Source: Candidatus Hydrogenedentota bacterium (lineage in GTDB: Bacteria > Hydrogenedentota > Hydrogenedentia > Hydrogenedentales > SLHB01). Taken from it: a DNA stretch of 19,252 bases. The position numbers and the translations under genes were made by a program. Position 1 is the stretch's first letter, and each line of letters starts with the position of its first letter. The stretch spans positions 1 through 19,252 of the forward strand of contig DAOLNV010000057.1 in assembly GCA_035416745.1 (NCBI GenBank), in the 5' to 3' direction. The notes under the pieces were generated by a model. The model worked only from the letters and a program-made list of their open reading frames with translations. It was not told the DNA's origin and did not search any database. Positions 8,301 through 16,800 of the stretch are shown piece after piece.

Positions 8301-9626
8301 ATGGCCAAAATCGCATTTATCGGGGCCGGCAGCTTGGGGTTCACGCGGGGACTTGTCCGTGACATCTTGACCTTTCCGTTGTTGCGGGATGCCACCATAT
8401 CGCTCATGGACATCGACGAAGAGCGGCTCGATTTCGCCTACCGGGCGTGCAAATCGATCGTCGAACGGGGCAATTATCCCGCGAAAGTCGAGGCCACCAT
8501 GGACCGCAAAGCGGCCCTCAAAGGCGCGGACGCCGTGCTTTGCACCATCCTCAGCGGCGATGTGAAGATCTGGCAGCACGATATCCTCATTCCCAAGAAG
8601 TACGGTGTGGACACCAACGTGGGCGACACGCGGGGTCCGAGCGGCATCTTCCGCGCATTGCGCACCATCCCGGTCATGTTGGATATCTGCCGGGACATCG
8701 AACGGCATTGTCCCAATGCGCTCCTGCTCAATTACACCAACCCGATGGCCATGCTGTGCCGCGCCATGCAGCGCGAGACCAGCGTGCAGGTCTCGGGGCT
8801 GTGCCATAGCGTTCAGGGCACGGCGGCCATGCTCGCCGAGTGGATCGGCGCGCCCATGAACGAGATCACGTTTGTCTGCGCGGGCATCAACCATCTCTCG
8901 TGGTTCATCGAATACAAATGGAACGGCAAAGACGCCTATCCGCTGATCCGCAAGGCCATGCAACGCAAAGCGGTGCGCAACCACGAGCAGGTGCGCAACG
9001 AGATGTTCCTGCATCTCGACTATTACGTCACCGAATCGAGCGGGCACAACTCCGAGTACAACTGGTGGTTCCGGAAACGCCCCGAACTCATCGATGCGTA
9101 TTGCAAAAACGGCACGGGATGGAACCCGGGCGAGTACGCCTACATCCTCGACGAGTACCGCAAACGCGACCGCACATGGAAGGCCGAGGTCAAGAAATGG
9201 TTCGCCGACGGCGCGCCGTTCCCGCTCGAGCGCGGCCACGAATACGCTTCAAATATCATCAACGCGCGGATGGGCGGCGACCCTTACAAATTCAACGGCA
9301 ACGTGCCCAACACGGGCCTCGTCACCAATCTGCCGCAGGATGCGTGTGTCGAGGTGCCCGTGCTCGCCGACAGGCGCGGGCTTAACCCGATTCACGTCGG
9401 GGCATTGCCGCCCCAGTGCGCGGCCCTGACCGCCGCCGCGGTCGCGTCCGAGGAAATGGCGGTCGAGGGATGCCTCACCGGCGACCCCAAACGCGTGTTC
9501 CAGGCCATCGCCTACGATCCGCTCACCGCGGCGGTGCTCTCGCTCGCCGAGATCAAGAAGATGGTCGCCGAGATGTTTCGCAAGAACAAGGCGTACCTGC
9601 CGCAATTCAAGACCACATCCTTCTGA
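8301..9626 (+). CDS. melA: glycoside hydrolase family 4 alpha-galactosidase/alpha-glucosidase (NAD+/Mn2+-dependent), MelA-like
   Basis: N-terminal Rossmann motif KIAFIGAGS. Long collinear similarity to E. coli MelA as recalled ([38 protein letters not shown] vs [33 protein letters not shown]; [10 protein letters not shown]; [10 protein letters not shown]; [12 protein letters not shown] vs FVTESSEHFAEY; [11 protein letters not shown] vs NLPQGCCVEVA). SD GGAGGG 7 nt upstream. Substrate (galactoside vs glucoside) cannot be fixed from sequence alone. Confidence 0.85.
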   Translation: MAKIAFIGAGSLGFTRGLVRDILTFPLLRDATISLMDIDEERLDFAYRACKSIVERGNYPAKVEATMDRKAALKGADAVLCTILSGDVKIWQHDILIPKKYGVDTNVGDTRGPSGIFRALRTIPVMLDICRDIERHCPNALLLNYTNPMAMLCRAMQRETSVQVSGLCHSVQGTAAMLAEWIGAPMNEITFVCAGINHLSWFIEYKWNGKDAYPLIRKAMQRKAVRNHEQVRNEMFLHLDYYVTESSGHNSEYNWWFRKRPELIDAYCKNGTGWNPGEYAYILDEYRKRDRTWKAEVKKWFADGAPFPLERGHEYASNIINARMGGDPYKFNGNVPNTGLVTNLPQDACVEVPVLADRRGLNPIHVGALPPQCAALTAAAVASEEMAVEGCLTGDPKRVFQAIAYDPLTAAVLSLAEIKKMVAEMFRKNKAYLPQFKTTSF

Positions 9627-9739
9627 GCACAGCAGCATTTCGCGCCGCCAACGTGTTCGTGACTGGTGCAAGCGAGTGCCCGATGCGCAACACGCGTACG
9701 CGGATGGCGCAAGCGACTCCGCGACAGGCGCACGAGACG

Positions 9740-9788
9740 TGTCCGTCCCCAACGGAGGGCGGTCCTTCCTGTCCGTCCCCAACGGAGG
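9740..9788. repeat. tandem direct repeat, 2 x 19 bp (TGTCCGTCCCCAACGGAGG) with 30-bp period; each unit is an internal inverted repeat (TCCGT-N5-ACGGA)
   Basis: Exact copies at 9740-9758 and 9770-9788, read directly from the sequence. Located in the intergenic region downstream of the GH4 gene and upstream of a small ORF. Confidence 0.7.
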
Positions 9789-9885
9789 ACCGGTTTTCCA
9801 ACCGGCCCCTTGGTCACGCCGCGGGCGGATACGCCCGCGCATCCTTGTGTTTTGGAGACCTTGCGGTCGCAGGAGTGGCGCGGTC

Positions 9886-10116
9886 ATGAAACCGCGCCAC
9901 AGCGGGAGTTTTGCTGCGCAGAGAATCTTGGGTCAATCCCCATTTTCGTCTGTTTGCCCCGAGCTCGATGCTACCCTCGAGATGGCGGTCGACTGCCCTG
10001 GTTTCGTGTTTGCCGTGGTCAACCACATCCCGAGCAACGTGCCCATCGAGAATGCGCGGTTTTACATCGACTATCTCCGCCGGAACTGGGTGCGCCAGGC
10101 GCAGCCGCGAGCGTGA
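9886..10116 (+). CDS. hypothetical small protein (76 aa; C-terminal part MAVDCPGFVFAVVNHIPSNVPIENARFYIDYLRRNWVRQAQPRA)
   Basis: ATG at 9886 with AGGAG about 10 nt upstream. The C-terminal two-thirds has very high GC3 (coding-like) while the first third is weaker, so the true start could be the internal ATG at 9982. A stem-loop plus T-tract sits immediately at the stop. No recognised family. Confidence 0.35.
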   Translation: MKPRHSGSFAAQRILGQSPFSSVCPELDATLEMAVDCPGFVFAVVNHIPSNVPIENARFYIDYLRRNWVRQAQPRA

Positions 10117-10128
10117 CCGCCCGCTTTT
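10107..10128 (+). terminator. putative intrinsic terminator (GCGAGCG-tgac-CGCCCGC followed by TTTT)
   Basis: 7-bp GC-rich stem (one A-C mismatch), 4-nt loop containing the small-ORF stop codon, then TTTT at 10125-10128. Confidence 0.4.
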
Positions 10129-10188
10129 GCTCTACGGTATACTGTTGCGCATGGTTGAGATGCCGGCACTCGGGCGGGGAACGTCGCC

Positions 10189-10968
10189 ATGAGAAGCGAT
10201 ATGGGCACGAAGATCGTCGTTGCGGTTGTGTGTTCGATCGCGGTCATCGCCATTTCAGTGACCCTGTACGCTCTCGGCCATGTGCGCCTCATGGCTCAGC
10301 TTGCGGGATGCGAGCAAAACGTCAAACTCATAGCGCTCGCATTCCGGCTTTATGCGGACAAGGAGCCGCGGGGATACTATCCGGTACTCGATCCGGCTCA
10401 GGGCCGCCTGGCCGCGAAATGGGATGCGGTCTATCCCAGATACCTCACGGAACCCGGCATCCTGACTTGCCCCGCGAACGAGAAGGCCCCGGTACTGCCG
10501 GCGGCGCCTGCTCCGAACGACATCGCCCGCGCGATGGACGACCATAGCTACTGGTATCTGGGCTATGCGCTGCCGAATCAGGAAAGGCTCCTGGCGTTTC
10601 GCGACGCCTACAACCGGCGCGTGGCCGAGGGCGGCGATTTCGAGGGTGACCTCGACGACGGGCATGGCGCGCCGTTACTGCGCTTGCGCCAGGGGGTCGA
10701 GCGCATGTTCATCCCCGACGGGGCCGAATGGACGGCGGGCGTATTGTACGCCGCATCGATCCCCATTCTCGTGGAACGGCCGGACAATCATAAAGGGGGC
10801 GGACATGTCCTGTTCCTCGACGGCCGTATCGAGTTCATCCCCTTCCCCGGCAAGTATCCGATGACGCCCGAAGTGGTGCAGGCGTTGCGCTCGATGGATA
10901 TCGTGGTTTTGGGCGGACGGACGCAGCCGAACCCCGGTAACCCTTCTGTTCCGAAAGCCTTGAAATAG
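10189..10968 (+). CDS. DUF1559-like protein with degenerate (non-cleavable) prepilin-type N-terminus
   Basis: N-terminal hydrophobic helix KIVVAVVCSIAVIAISVTLYAL followed by CEQNVKLIALAFRLYAD, collinear with the canonical [21 protein letters not shown]...[17 protein letters not shown] of the gene at 18761. C-terminal GGHVLFLDGRIEFIP matches the DUF1559 C-terminal H-x-x-LF-DG-S/R motif. Lacks the G-F-T-L-I-E cleavage/methylation motif. An alternative ATG at 10201 is possible. Confidence 0.65.
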   Translation: MRSDMGTKIVVAVVCSIAVIAISVTLYALGHVRLMAQLAGCEQNVKLIALAFRLYADKEPRGYYPVLDPAQGRLAAKWDAVYPRYLTEPGILTCPANEKAPVLPAAPAPNDIARAMDDHSYWYLGYALPNQERLLAFRDAYNRRVAEGGDFEGDLDDGHGAPLLRLRQGVERMFIPDGAEWTAGVLYAASIPILVERPDNHKGGGHVLFLDGRIEFIPFPGKYPMTPEVVQALRSMDIVVLGGRTQPNPGNPSVPKALK

Positions 10969-11049
10969 GCCAAAACTTCGGGCGCATGGGTTATTGCGCT
11001 TCATGAGCTGGGCTGGGCCACGCCTTCCCGTTAACAACCACGCTCCGCT

Positions 11050-12324
11050 CTACCGGTGGGCGGCGCGGCGTCTGCGTGCGGCGAATTCGGGGGCCTCTTT
11101 GATGCACAGCACGAGAATGCGCGCGGCCTCTTTCAGCAGGCCCCAGAAACCGCGGCGATACTCCGGTTTCTCCGTGCCCGGGTTCGGGAAACCCTCTTCA
11201 GTTGCCTCGACCTTGCCCCAATTCTCGAACAGGCGTCCCCACTCGGAAGCGAGGCACTGTTTCATCTGGCGTTTGCTCTTGAAGGGATACCAGTAGGCGT
11301 CGTGGTACAGAACGCTCGCGATATACGACCACGGCGCAAGCCACGTTTTCAGGGACCATTCAAGAGGTCTTTTCAGGGGTCCCCAGTAGATCAAGTGCTG
11401 CATCCTGCTGGCAAAGGTCATTTCTTTGAAAGGTCCGGAGAAGTTCCAGTTCTGCCGGGCAGCCAATTCATCGCCGACGATGTCGAGCTCGTTCACGTCG
11501 CCGCATCCCAGGCCTTTCTCGTGGGCCAGGCGGATATACGCGCAGTCGTCCAGGGGTTCGAAGCCCATAAGTTTGGCGGCGACGGCGTCGATCGCCACCT
11601 GGTCGGCCGACGCCAGCAGAACGTTCTTTACGTAGGGCGTCATGCAGCGGGGGCCGGGTCCGTCTCCCGCGAAGGTCCCGTCCATCACGGCAAACACGCC
11701 CCGATGGATCTCCTGTTGAATCATGAGCAGGTCGACGAGGGTCTCGTGAATGACGGGATGCGTCCAGTGGCGGTGTTCGTTGAGAAGCCCTCCGAAGGCG
11801 TTCTTCATGGCGCCCGTGGTGGTGGTGAAGACATGGGTTTTCACGGTGGGCAGATGTATGACGTTCTCGCCGATGAACCGTTTGGGTATCGCGAAACCGT
11901 CCGGATAAACGTCGTTGAGGCACAAGAACTCGCCGGTGAGTTCCCCCACGGCGTCGCGAATGTTGAGCCACTCTTCGCCTTCGTAGAGGTGGACGTTGCG
12001 CAGGCCGTAGGCGTCGAGTACGTCAACCTGCTTGTTTTCGCGTTCGCCCAGGTGAGCGTCGATCACCACCGTCCGGTTGTGGCAGCCGTGGACCAGTTCC
12101 TTTTTGTATCCGTCTTTCAACATGGCGTGGATGACGCCGTCCAACTGCCAGGGCGTGGTCGAGCAAGCCGGAAAAAAGAAGTGCCAGGAGATGTTGATCT
12201 TGAGCGCCGTGTCCGCGTCCTTCGCGATGACGTCCTGGTATCCGGCGAGGTTGAGCACGCGATGGTAATCCGCGCGGACGGTCTCCGGGCGCGTCTGCAC
12301 CACCGCCACTTTCGATGCCGGCAT
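11050..12324 (-). CDS. DUF362 domain protein (Fe-S-protein-associated domain) with about 130-aa aromatic-rich C-terminal extension
   Basis: ATG at 12322-12324 (reverse strand) with AGGAG 12 nt upstream. DUF362-like core (N-terminal KVAVVQ...KINISW; central VKTHVFTTTTGAMKNAFGGLL resembling the K-T-H...KN-FG signature). High GC3. Located 99 bp downstream of, and co-oriented with, the encapsulin shell gene. The large opposite-strand ORF 11056..12582 is its shadow. Confidence 0.65.
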   Translation of the reverse strand: MPASKVAVVQTRPETVRADYHRVLNLAGYQDVIAKDADTALKINISWHFFFPACSTTPWQLDGVIHAMLKDGYKKELVHGCHNRTVVIDAHLGERENKQVDVLDAYGLRNVHLYEGEEWLNIRDAVGELTGEFLCLNDVYPDGFAIPKRFIGENVIHLPTVKTHVFTTTTGAMKNAFGGLLNEHRHWTHPVIHETLVDLLMIQQEIHRGVFAVMDGTFAGDGPGPRCMTPYVKNVLLASADQVAIDAVAAKLMGFEPLDDCAYIRLAHEKGLGCGDVNELDIVGDELAARQNWNFSGPFKEMTFASRMQHLIYWGPLKRPLEWSLKTWLAPWSYIASVLYHDAYWYPFKSKRQMKQCLASEWGRLFENWGKVEATEEGFPNPGTEKPEYRRGFWGLLKEAARILVLCIKEAPEFAARRRRAAHR

Positions 12325-12372
12325 GTTCTAACTCGCTCCTCTCTCGACATAAGCGCAAAAGCTGGCGCTCTC

Positions 12373-12394
12373 GGCCTCCCCCGCGGGGGCGGCC
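12373..12394 (-). promoter_or_regulatory. GC-rich near-perfect palindrome (GGCCTCCCCCGCGGGGGCGGCC) between the encapsulin and DUF362 genes; possible attenuator or partial terminator
   Basis: 22-nt palindrome with a single mismatch, followed on the minus-strand transcript by a second short hairpin and a CUUUUG tract before the DUF362 SD. Confidence 0.3.
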
Positions 12395-12423
12395 TTGTTC
12401 CTTGTAAGCGCTTGTCCGCTAAG

Positions 12424-13239
12424 CTACTTGCCCAGCCTCAGCTCGACCGCGGCGGCGGGCTGAATCACGCGGAACGTGAACGACTCGGTCAGGAAGAGGT
12501 TCACCATTTCGGAGTCGTGGCTGGAATACCCGATCGAGAGGTCGGTTCCTACCGTCATCTCGAAATCGCCACCGCGCGTTGAGAGCAGCACGCCTCCATC
12601 CAGGGCGCGGCTGCGCATGATCACGCCGTCTCCCTCTAGAAGCCGCTCCAGGCCCCTGCGGATCGGGTAGCCGGGTCCCACTGCCTGCAACACCGCCTGG
12701 TACGGCGCGGCGCCAAGCACAAGGGCATAGGGGCCGCCAATGCCGTCCGCCTGCATGGCGTCGATGCCCTGCGCGACGGCCTTCGCGTAACCGTTGACAT
12801 CGGCCGGCAGAACCACGGCCTTCTGGGAGGCCGTCGGGATAATGCCGTCAATGTGGCCCTCCTTGAAACCCGCGTAGATGGCGCGCTCCTCGAAAAGGGC
12901 GATTTCCTTTGCCGCCTCTTCGAGGGGTCCCAGGTCCGGGTCCGCGGCGCCACGCGCCACGTTATCGAGTTCCCAGATGCGAAGCGTGAACATAACCCGC
13001 GCTTCGAGGAGAGGCAACACTTTGCGAATGCCGTAGCCGACGCCCTTCTGCCCCGGTTTCTTGGGCATGTCGAGGCGCCCGAGGTTCACTGCGGCATAGT
13101 CCCAGCCCTTGGGACCCTTGAAATCGACAAGTTTGCGCGCCGAAAGCAGAGGTTTAAGGGTTTGTTTTGCGGTGTTCTCGATTTCCGCCCAGGCTTCGTC
13201 CGTAACAGGGGCCAGAGAACGTTTCAACATATCGCTCAT
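12424..13239 (-). CDS. family 1 encapsulin nanocompartment shell protein (HK97-fold; linocin M18-like)
   Basis: Collinear similarity to T. maritima encapsulin as recalled ([26 protein letters not shown] vs [43 protein letters not shown] vs [33 protein letters not shown] vs [31 protein letters not shown] vs FITETFTFQVVNPEA). ATG at 13237-13239 (reverse strand) with AAGGAG upstream, 3 nt after the upstream stop. Confidence 0.92.
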   Translation of the reverse strand: [271 protein letters not shown]

Positions 13240-13242
13240 GGA

Positions 13243-13605
13243 TTATGCTCCTTCCTTTCCGCTGCCAATGCCCAGATCACTGCCCGAGGCTGCCGCCTTG
13301 CTGCCTTCCGCCTGGGCTTCCTCGACCTCGAGGATGTTCCCGCCGGTGAACAGATAGGTGCGAAGATGCTCGTCAAGAGGCGGCATCCGCCGCCGCAGCC
13401 ACTCGAGGGCCATAGCCGCATGTTCGAGTTCCTCATCCCGGTTATGGAGCACGATCTCCTTGAGTTCGGGATCGGTCGCGCCCTCAGCGCGCTGGTGATA
13501 CCAGTCCACGGCCTGGAGTTCCTCGATCACGCTGACCAGTGCCCGGTGGATATCCCGGGCGTTTTCCGACAGACTCTCGAACGGTTCATGATACTCGCTG
13601 CTCAT
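13243..13605 (-). CDS. encapsulated ferritin-like protein (EncFtn) cargo with C-terminal encapsulin targeting peptide
   Basis: Collinear match to EncFtn as recalled (HEPFESLSENARDIHRALVSVIEELQAVDWYHQRAEGATDPELKEIVLHNRDEELEHAAMALEWLRR...HLRTYLF; di-iron Glu/His ligands in the EHAA region). C-terminal SDLGIGSGK matches the family-1 targeting peptide consensus (S/D)LGIGSLK. ATG at 13603-13605 (reverse strand) with AAGGAG 8-9 nt upstream. The ORF-track start at 13641 lacks an SD. Confidence 0.88.
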   Translation of the reverse strand: MSSEYHEPFESLSENARDIHRALVSVIEELQAVDWYHQRAEGATDPELKEIVLHNRDEELEHAAMALEWLRRRMPPLDEHLRTYLFTGGNILEVEEAQAEGSKAAASGSDLGIGSGKEGA

Positions 13606-13757
13606 CGTTTCGTCGCTCCTTTCGCTTCGGTCCCTTGCCATGCTTCAGGACGCGGGGCAATCGGTTGTGGAGCGGCGCGGTTCGCGCTGGCGCCGCCCAG
13701 CGTAACGAGTTGCCTTGAAGCGGGTACTATAAAGGGTAATTGTGACCGCATACCGTT

Positions 13758-13786
13758 ACCATACGGGAACTTAGATCTCCATTCAA
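13758..13786 (-). promoter_or_regulatory. putative sigma70-type promoter for the encFtn-enc operon (minus strand: -35 TTGAAT, 17-nt spacer, -10 TATGGT)
   Basis: Reverse complement of 13758-13786 reads TTGAATggagatctaagttcccgTATGGT. Lies in the 190-bp divergent intergenic region shared with the RND gene. Confidence 0.3.
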
Positions 13787-13831
13787 GTAGGAACAGCCGC
13801 GGTTCGGGCTCTATTTCGCAAAACGCGTCCC

Positions 13832-16800
13832 ATGAAGAACGTCTCTTTACCGACCATAGCGCTGAATCGCCGAGTGACCGTGCTGATGGGCCTGGTGACG
13901 GTTATCGCCTTGGGTGTCATCGCGTTACAGCTCATCCCGATGGAACTCATCATGAAACTCGAGTTCCCGGTTATATACGTCTGGATTCCCTACCCGGGCG
14001 CAACGCCCGCCCAAATCGAAGCAGAGGTCGCTATCCCCGCCGAGGGCGAGTTCCGCACCATCCCCGCATTGAAACAAATCTTCACCAACTGCAACGCGGC
14101 GGGGTGCCATATCTCGATGCGGTTCGACTGGGACACGGACCTTGCCGGCGCCGCGGCGGACGTCCGCGACCGTATCGAGCGGATGCGTCTGCGCATGCCC
14201 GAAGGCGTAGAGCGCATCTTCCTGCGCCGGTCGAGTTCGGAGACCTGGCCCGTGATCAGTCTCGCTCTGCTTCGTCGGAAGAACGATACCGAGCTGGCCC
14301 ATTGGACAAGGACCGTGTTGCAGCCCCGGCTCATGCGCATTCCAGGCGTGGCCGAAGTGGAGGTTTCGGGCACGGGCGAGGAGCGCATCGACATCGGTTT
14401 CGACCAGGCGGCCCTGCGGAACTACAACCTGGCCCTCTACGACGTGGTTGCCAGACTTCGCAACAACAGCGTCAACGAAGGCGTCGGCGAACTCTACGAA
14501 GGGGACAACAAGTACCACGTCCGCGCCGTCGACGAGGTGACGACGCCGGAGGCGCTCCGCGAGACCATCGTGGGTCCGAACAACAGACGTCTCAAAGAGG
14601 TGGCGGACGTGGAATTCCGTGAAGAAGACGGCACTTCGACGCACACCATAGACGGAAAACACGGGGTATTCATATCGGTGCAACGGGAGTCCGAAGCGAA
14701 TACCATCGACGTGTGTGAAGCCGTGAAGGCCGAAGTGACACGGACATTGCAGGAGCCCATATTCGAGGGTGCCGAGATGTTCGTCTTCTCCGACCACGGG
14801 GAGACAATCCGCTCCGCGCTGGGCAAGCTCCGCGAGGCGGGCATACAAGGCGGCGGCCTGGCGGTGCTGGTTCTGTTTCTCTTTCTCCGCAGGATCCGCC
14901 CCACTCTCATTGTAACCCTTTCGATTCCGGTTTCGCTCACCCCCGCCCTCATCTTCATGTATTTCTGGGGGATGACCATCAACCTCGTGACGCTGACCTC
15001 GATGATCATCTGCGTAGGCATGCTTGTCGACTGTTCCATTGTGGTCATGGAGAACATCAGCCGCTACACGATGATGGGTTTGCCGCCCCTCGAAAGCACG
15101 AAGCGCGGCGCGAATGAAGTCGGCTTGGCGATCACGGTGGCCACGCTCACGACCGTCGTGGTATTCGTCCCTGTTTTTTATATGGAAAACGGCGAGATGG
15201 CCATTCACATGCGCGAGTTTTCGGTGCCGGTGACCGTAGCCTTGCTCGCGAGCCTGATTGTCGCACTCACCATAATCCCCGTTGCCGCGTGTTCCCTGCG
15301 GCCGCGCCACCACTATGCGGTCTATCGCCGGCTCTCGAGCTTCTTCCGCCGAAAAGGCCCCTTGACGGGTTTGTTGAGATGGGGCCCCCTGACCCATGCC
15401 CTCCGGGCTTACGACCGCGTGCTCGAGTGGACCATGGTTCACCGCCTGGAGGCCCTGTGCGGCGTTGCAGCCATTCTTCTTGTTACCGCGTTGATCCCGT
15501 ACCGCGAAGTGGGGCTGCAACAATTGCCGACTCTCGATTTGCGGCGGGTCGAGATCGCGGTTTCCTTCGACCAGAACTTCGGCCCTGACCAAACGCTTCC
15601 GGTATTTGACAGCATAGAGAGTCTGCTGAACGGGCAGCGCGACAGTCTCGGTATCAAGAACATCTACGTCCAGCCGGGGGACCGCGCCGGCTACGTGCGT
15701 CTATACCTGCTCCAGCTCGAGGACTGCCCCCAAGGCATGGTGTTGCCGTACAGTTCCCAGGAGGTGCGCGAGATACTCGCGGGCCAATTGCCGCCCCTCG
15801 TGCCGGGCGGAAAAATCGAGACCGGGGTCGGCGGGCTGACCGCCCAGGGCGAGCGCACCCTTACGGTACGGCTGCAGGGCGACAACGGACCCCAGTTGCG
15901 GGAACACGCCGAAGAGGTTCGCCGCCTGCTCGCCAGCATTGACGGGGTAACCGAGGTCACGACCGACATCGATCGCGGCGACGAAGAGATTCAGCTGCTC
16001 ATTGAAGAGACCCAGGTTGCCAGGGCGGGAATCAGCCCGTACGTTGTCGCCCGCACGGTTGATTTTGCCCTCCGCGGGGTGCAACTGCCTGACATGAAAC
16101 AGGCAGGGCGCGAGATCCCGCTCTGGGCGCGGTTTCGGGGCGAAGACCGTAAGTCGCTCACCGACCTGGACAACGTAGCCGTCCTGACGCGTTCGGGAGG
16201 CCTCGTGACGCTCGAAAACCTGGTGAGCAAGCGCCGGTCCGGCACCCCAAGCGATATCCAGCGCGTCGACGGAAAGAACGTCATCAATATCACGGCAAAA
16301 ACCTACGGGCGAACCTTCTCGAAGGTCAAGGACGATATCGCGGCCCTTGCCGAACTGATCAACCTGCCCTCGGGCTACTCGCTGGAGATGGGCGACCAGG
16401 CCGAGGAACTCGATACCAGTTTCCGCAACTTCCGCGTGGCCCTGCTGTTCGCAATCATCCTGATCTACATCGTCATGGGCGCTTTGTTCGAGTCGTTTGT
16501 GCTGCCCCTCTCGATCCTGACGTCGGTGCCCCTGGCATTTGTCGGTGTTTACTGGAGCATGTACCTCAGCGACGTCCCCCTCGATTCGGTGTCGCTCATC
16601 GGCGTTATCTTGATGTGCGGCGTGATTGTAAACAACGGCATCGTGATTGTGGACTATATCAACCAGCTCCGCGAACGGGGGATGGAGCGGGAAGCAGCGA
16701 TCCTTCAGGCATCCCGAGAACGGCTGCGTCCGGTATTGATGACCGCCCTGACAACCATTCTGGGATGCGTGCCACTGGCCCAAGGGACCCAAATCGGCGA

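Noticed and set aside
8172-9239. 355-aa ORF on the minus strand
   Set aside because: Lies entirely antisense within the well-supported GH4 (MelA-like) gene. Its translation is Arg/Ala/Gly-rich low-complexity, typical of a shadow ORF in high-GC DNA.
9666-10547. 293-aa plus-strand ORF spanning the intergenic repeat cluster, the small ORF and the DUF1559 gene start
   Set aside because: Arg/Cys/Gly-rich junk translation. It is out of frame with both the supported small ORF and the DUF1559 paralog.
11056-12582. 508-aa ORF on the plus strand
   Set aside because: Antisense shadow of the DUF362 gene and the encapsulin 3' end. It has no domain-like sequence and spans two real genes.
13606-13641. Longer start (MARDRSERSDET...) for EncFtn
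   Set aside because: No SD precedes it, whereas the internal ATG at 13605 has AAGGAG at the ideal distance and gives the EncFtn N-terminus seen in characterised homologs.
12853-14622. 589-aa ORF on the plus strand
   Set aside because: Arg/Ser/Gly-rich low-complexity translation running antisense through the encapsulin/EncFtn genes and into the RND gene in a wrong frame. This is a GC-driven open frame.
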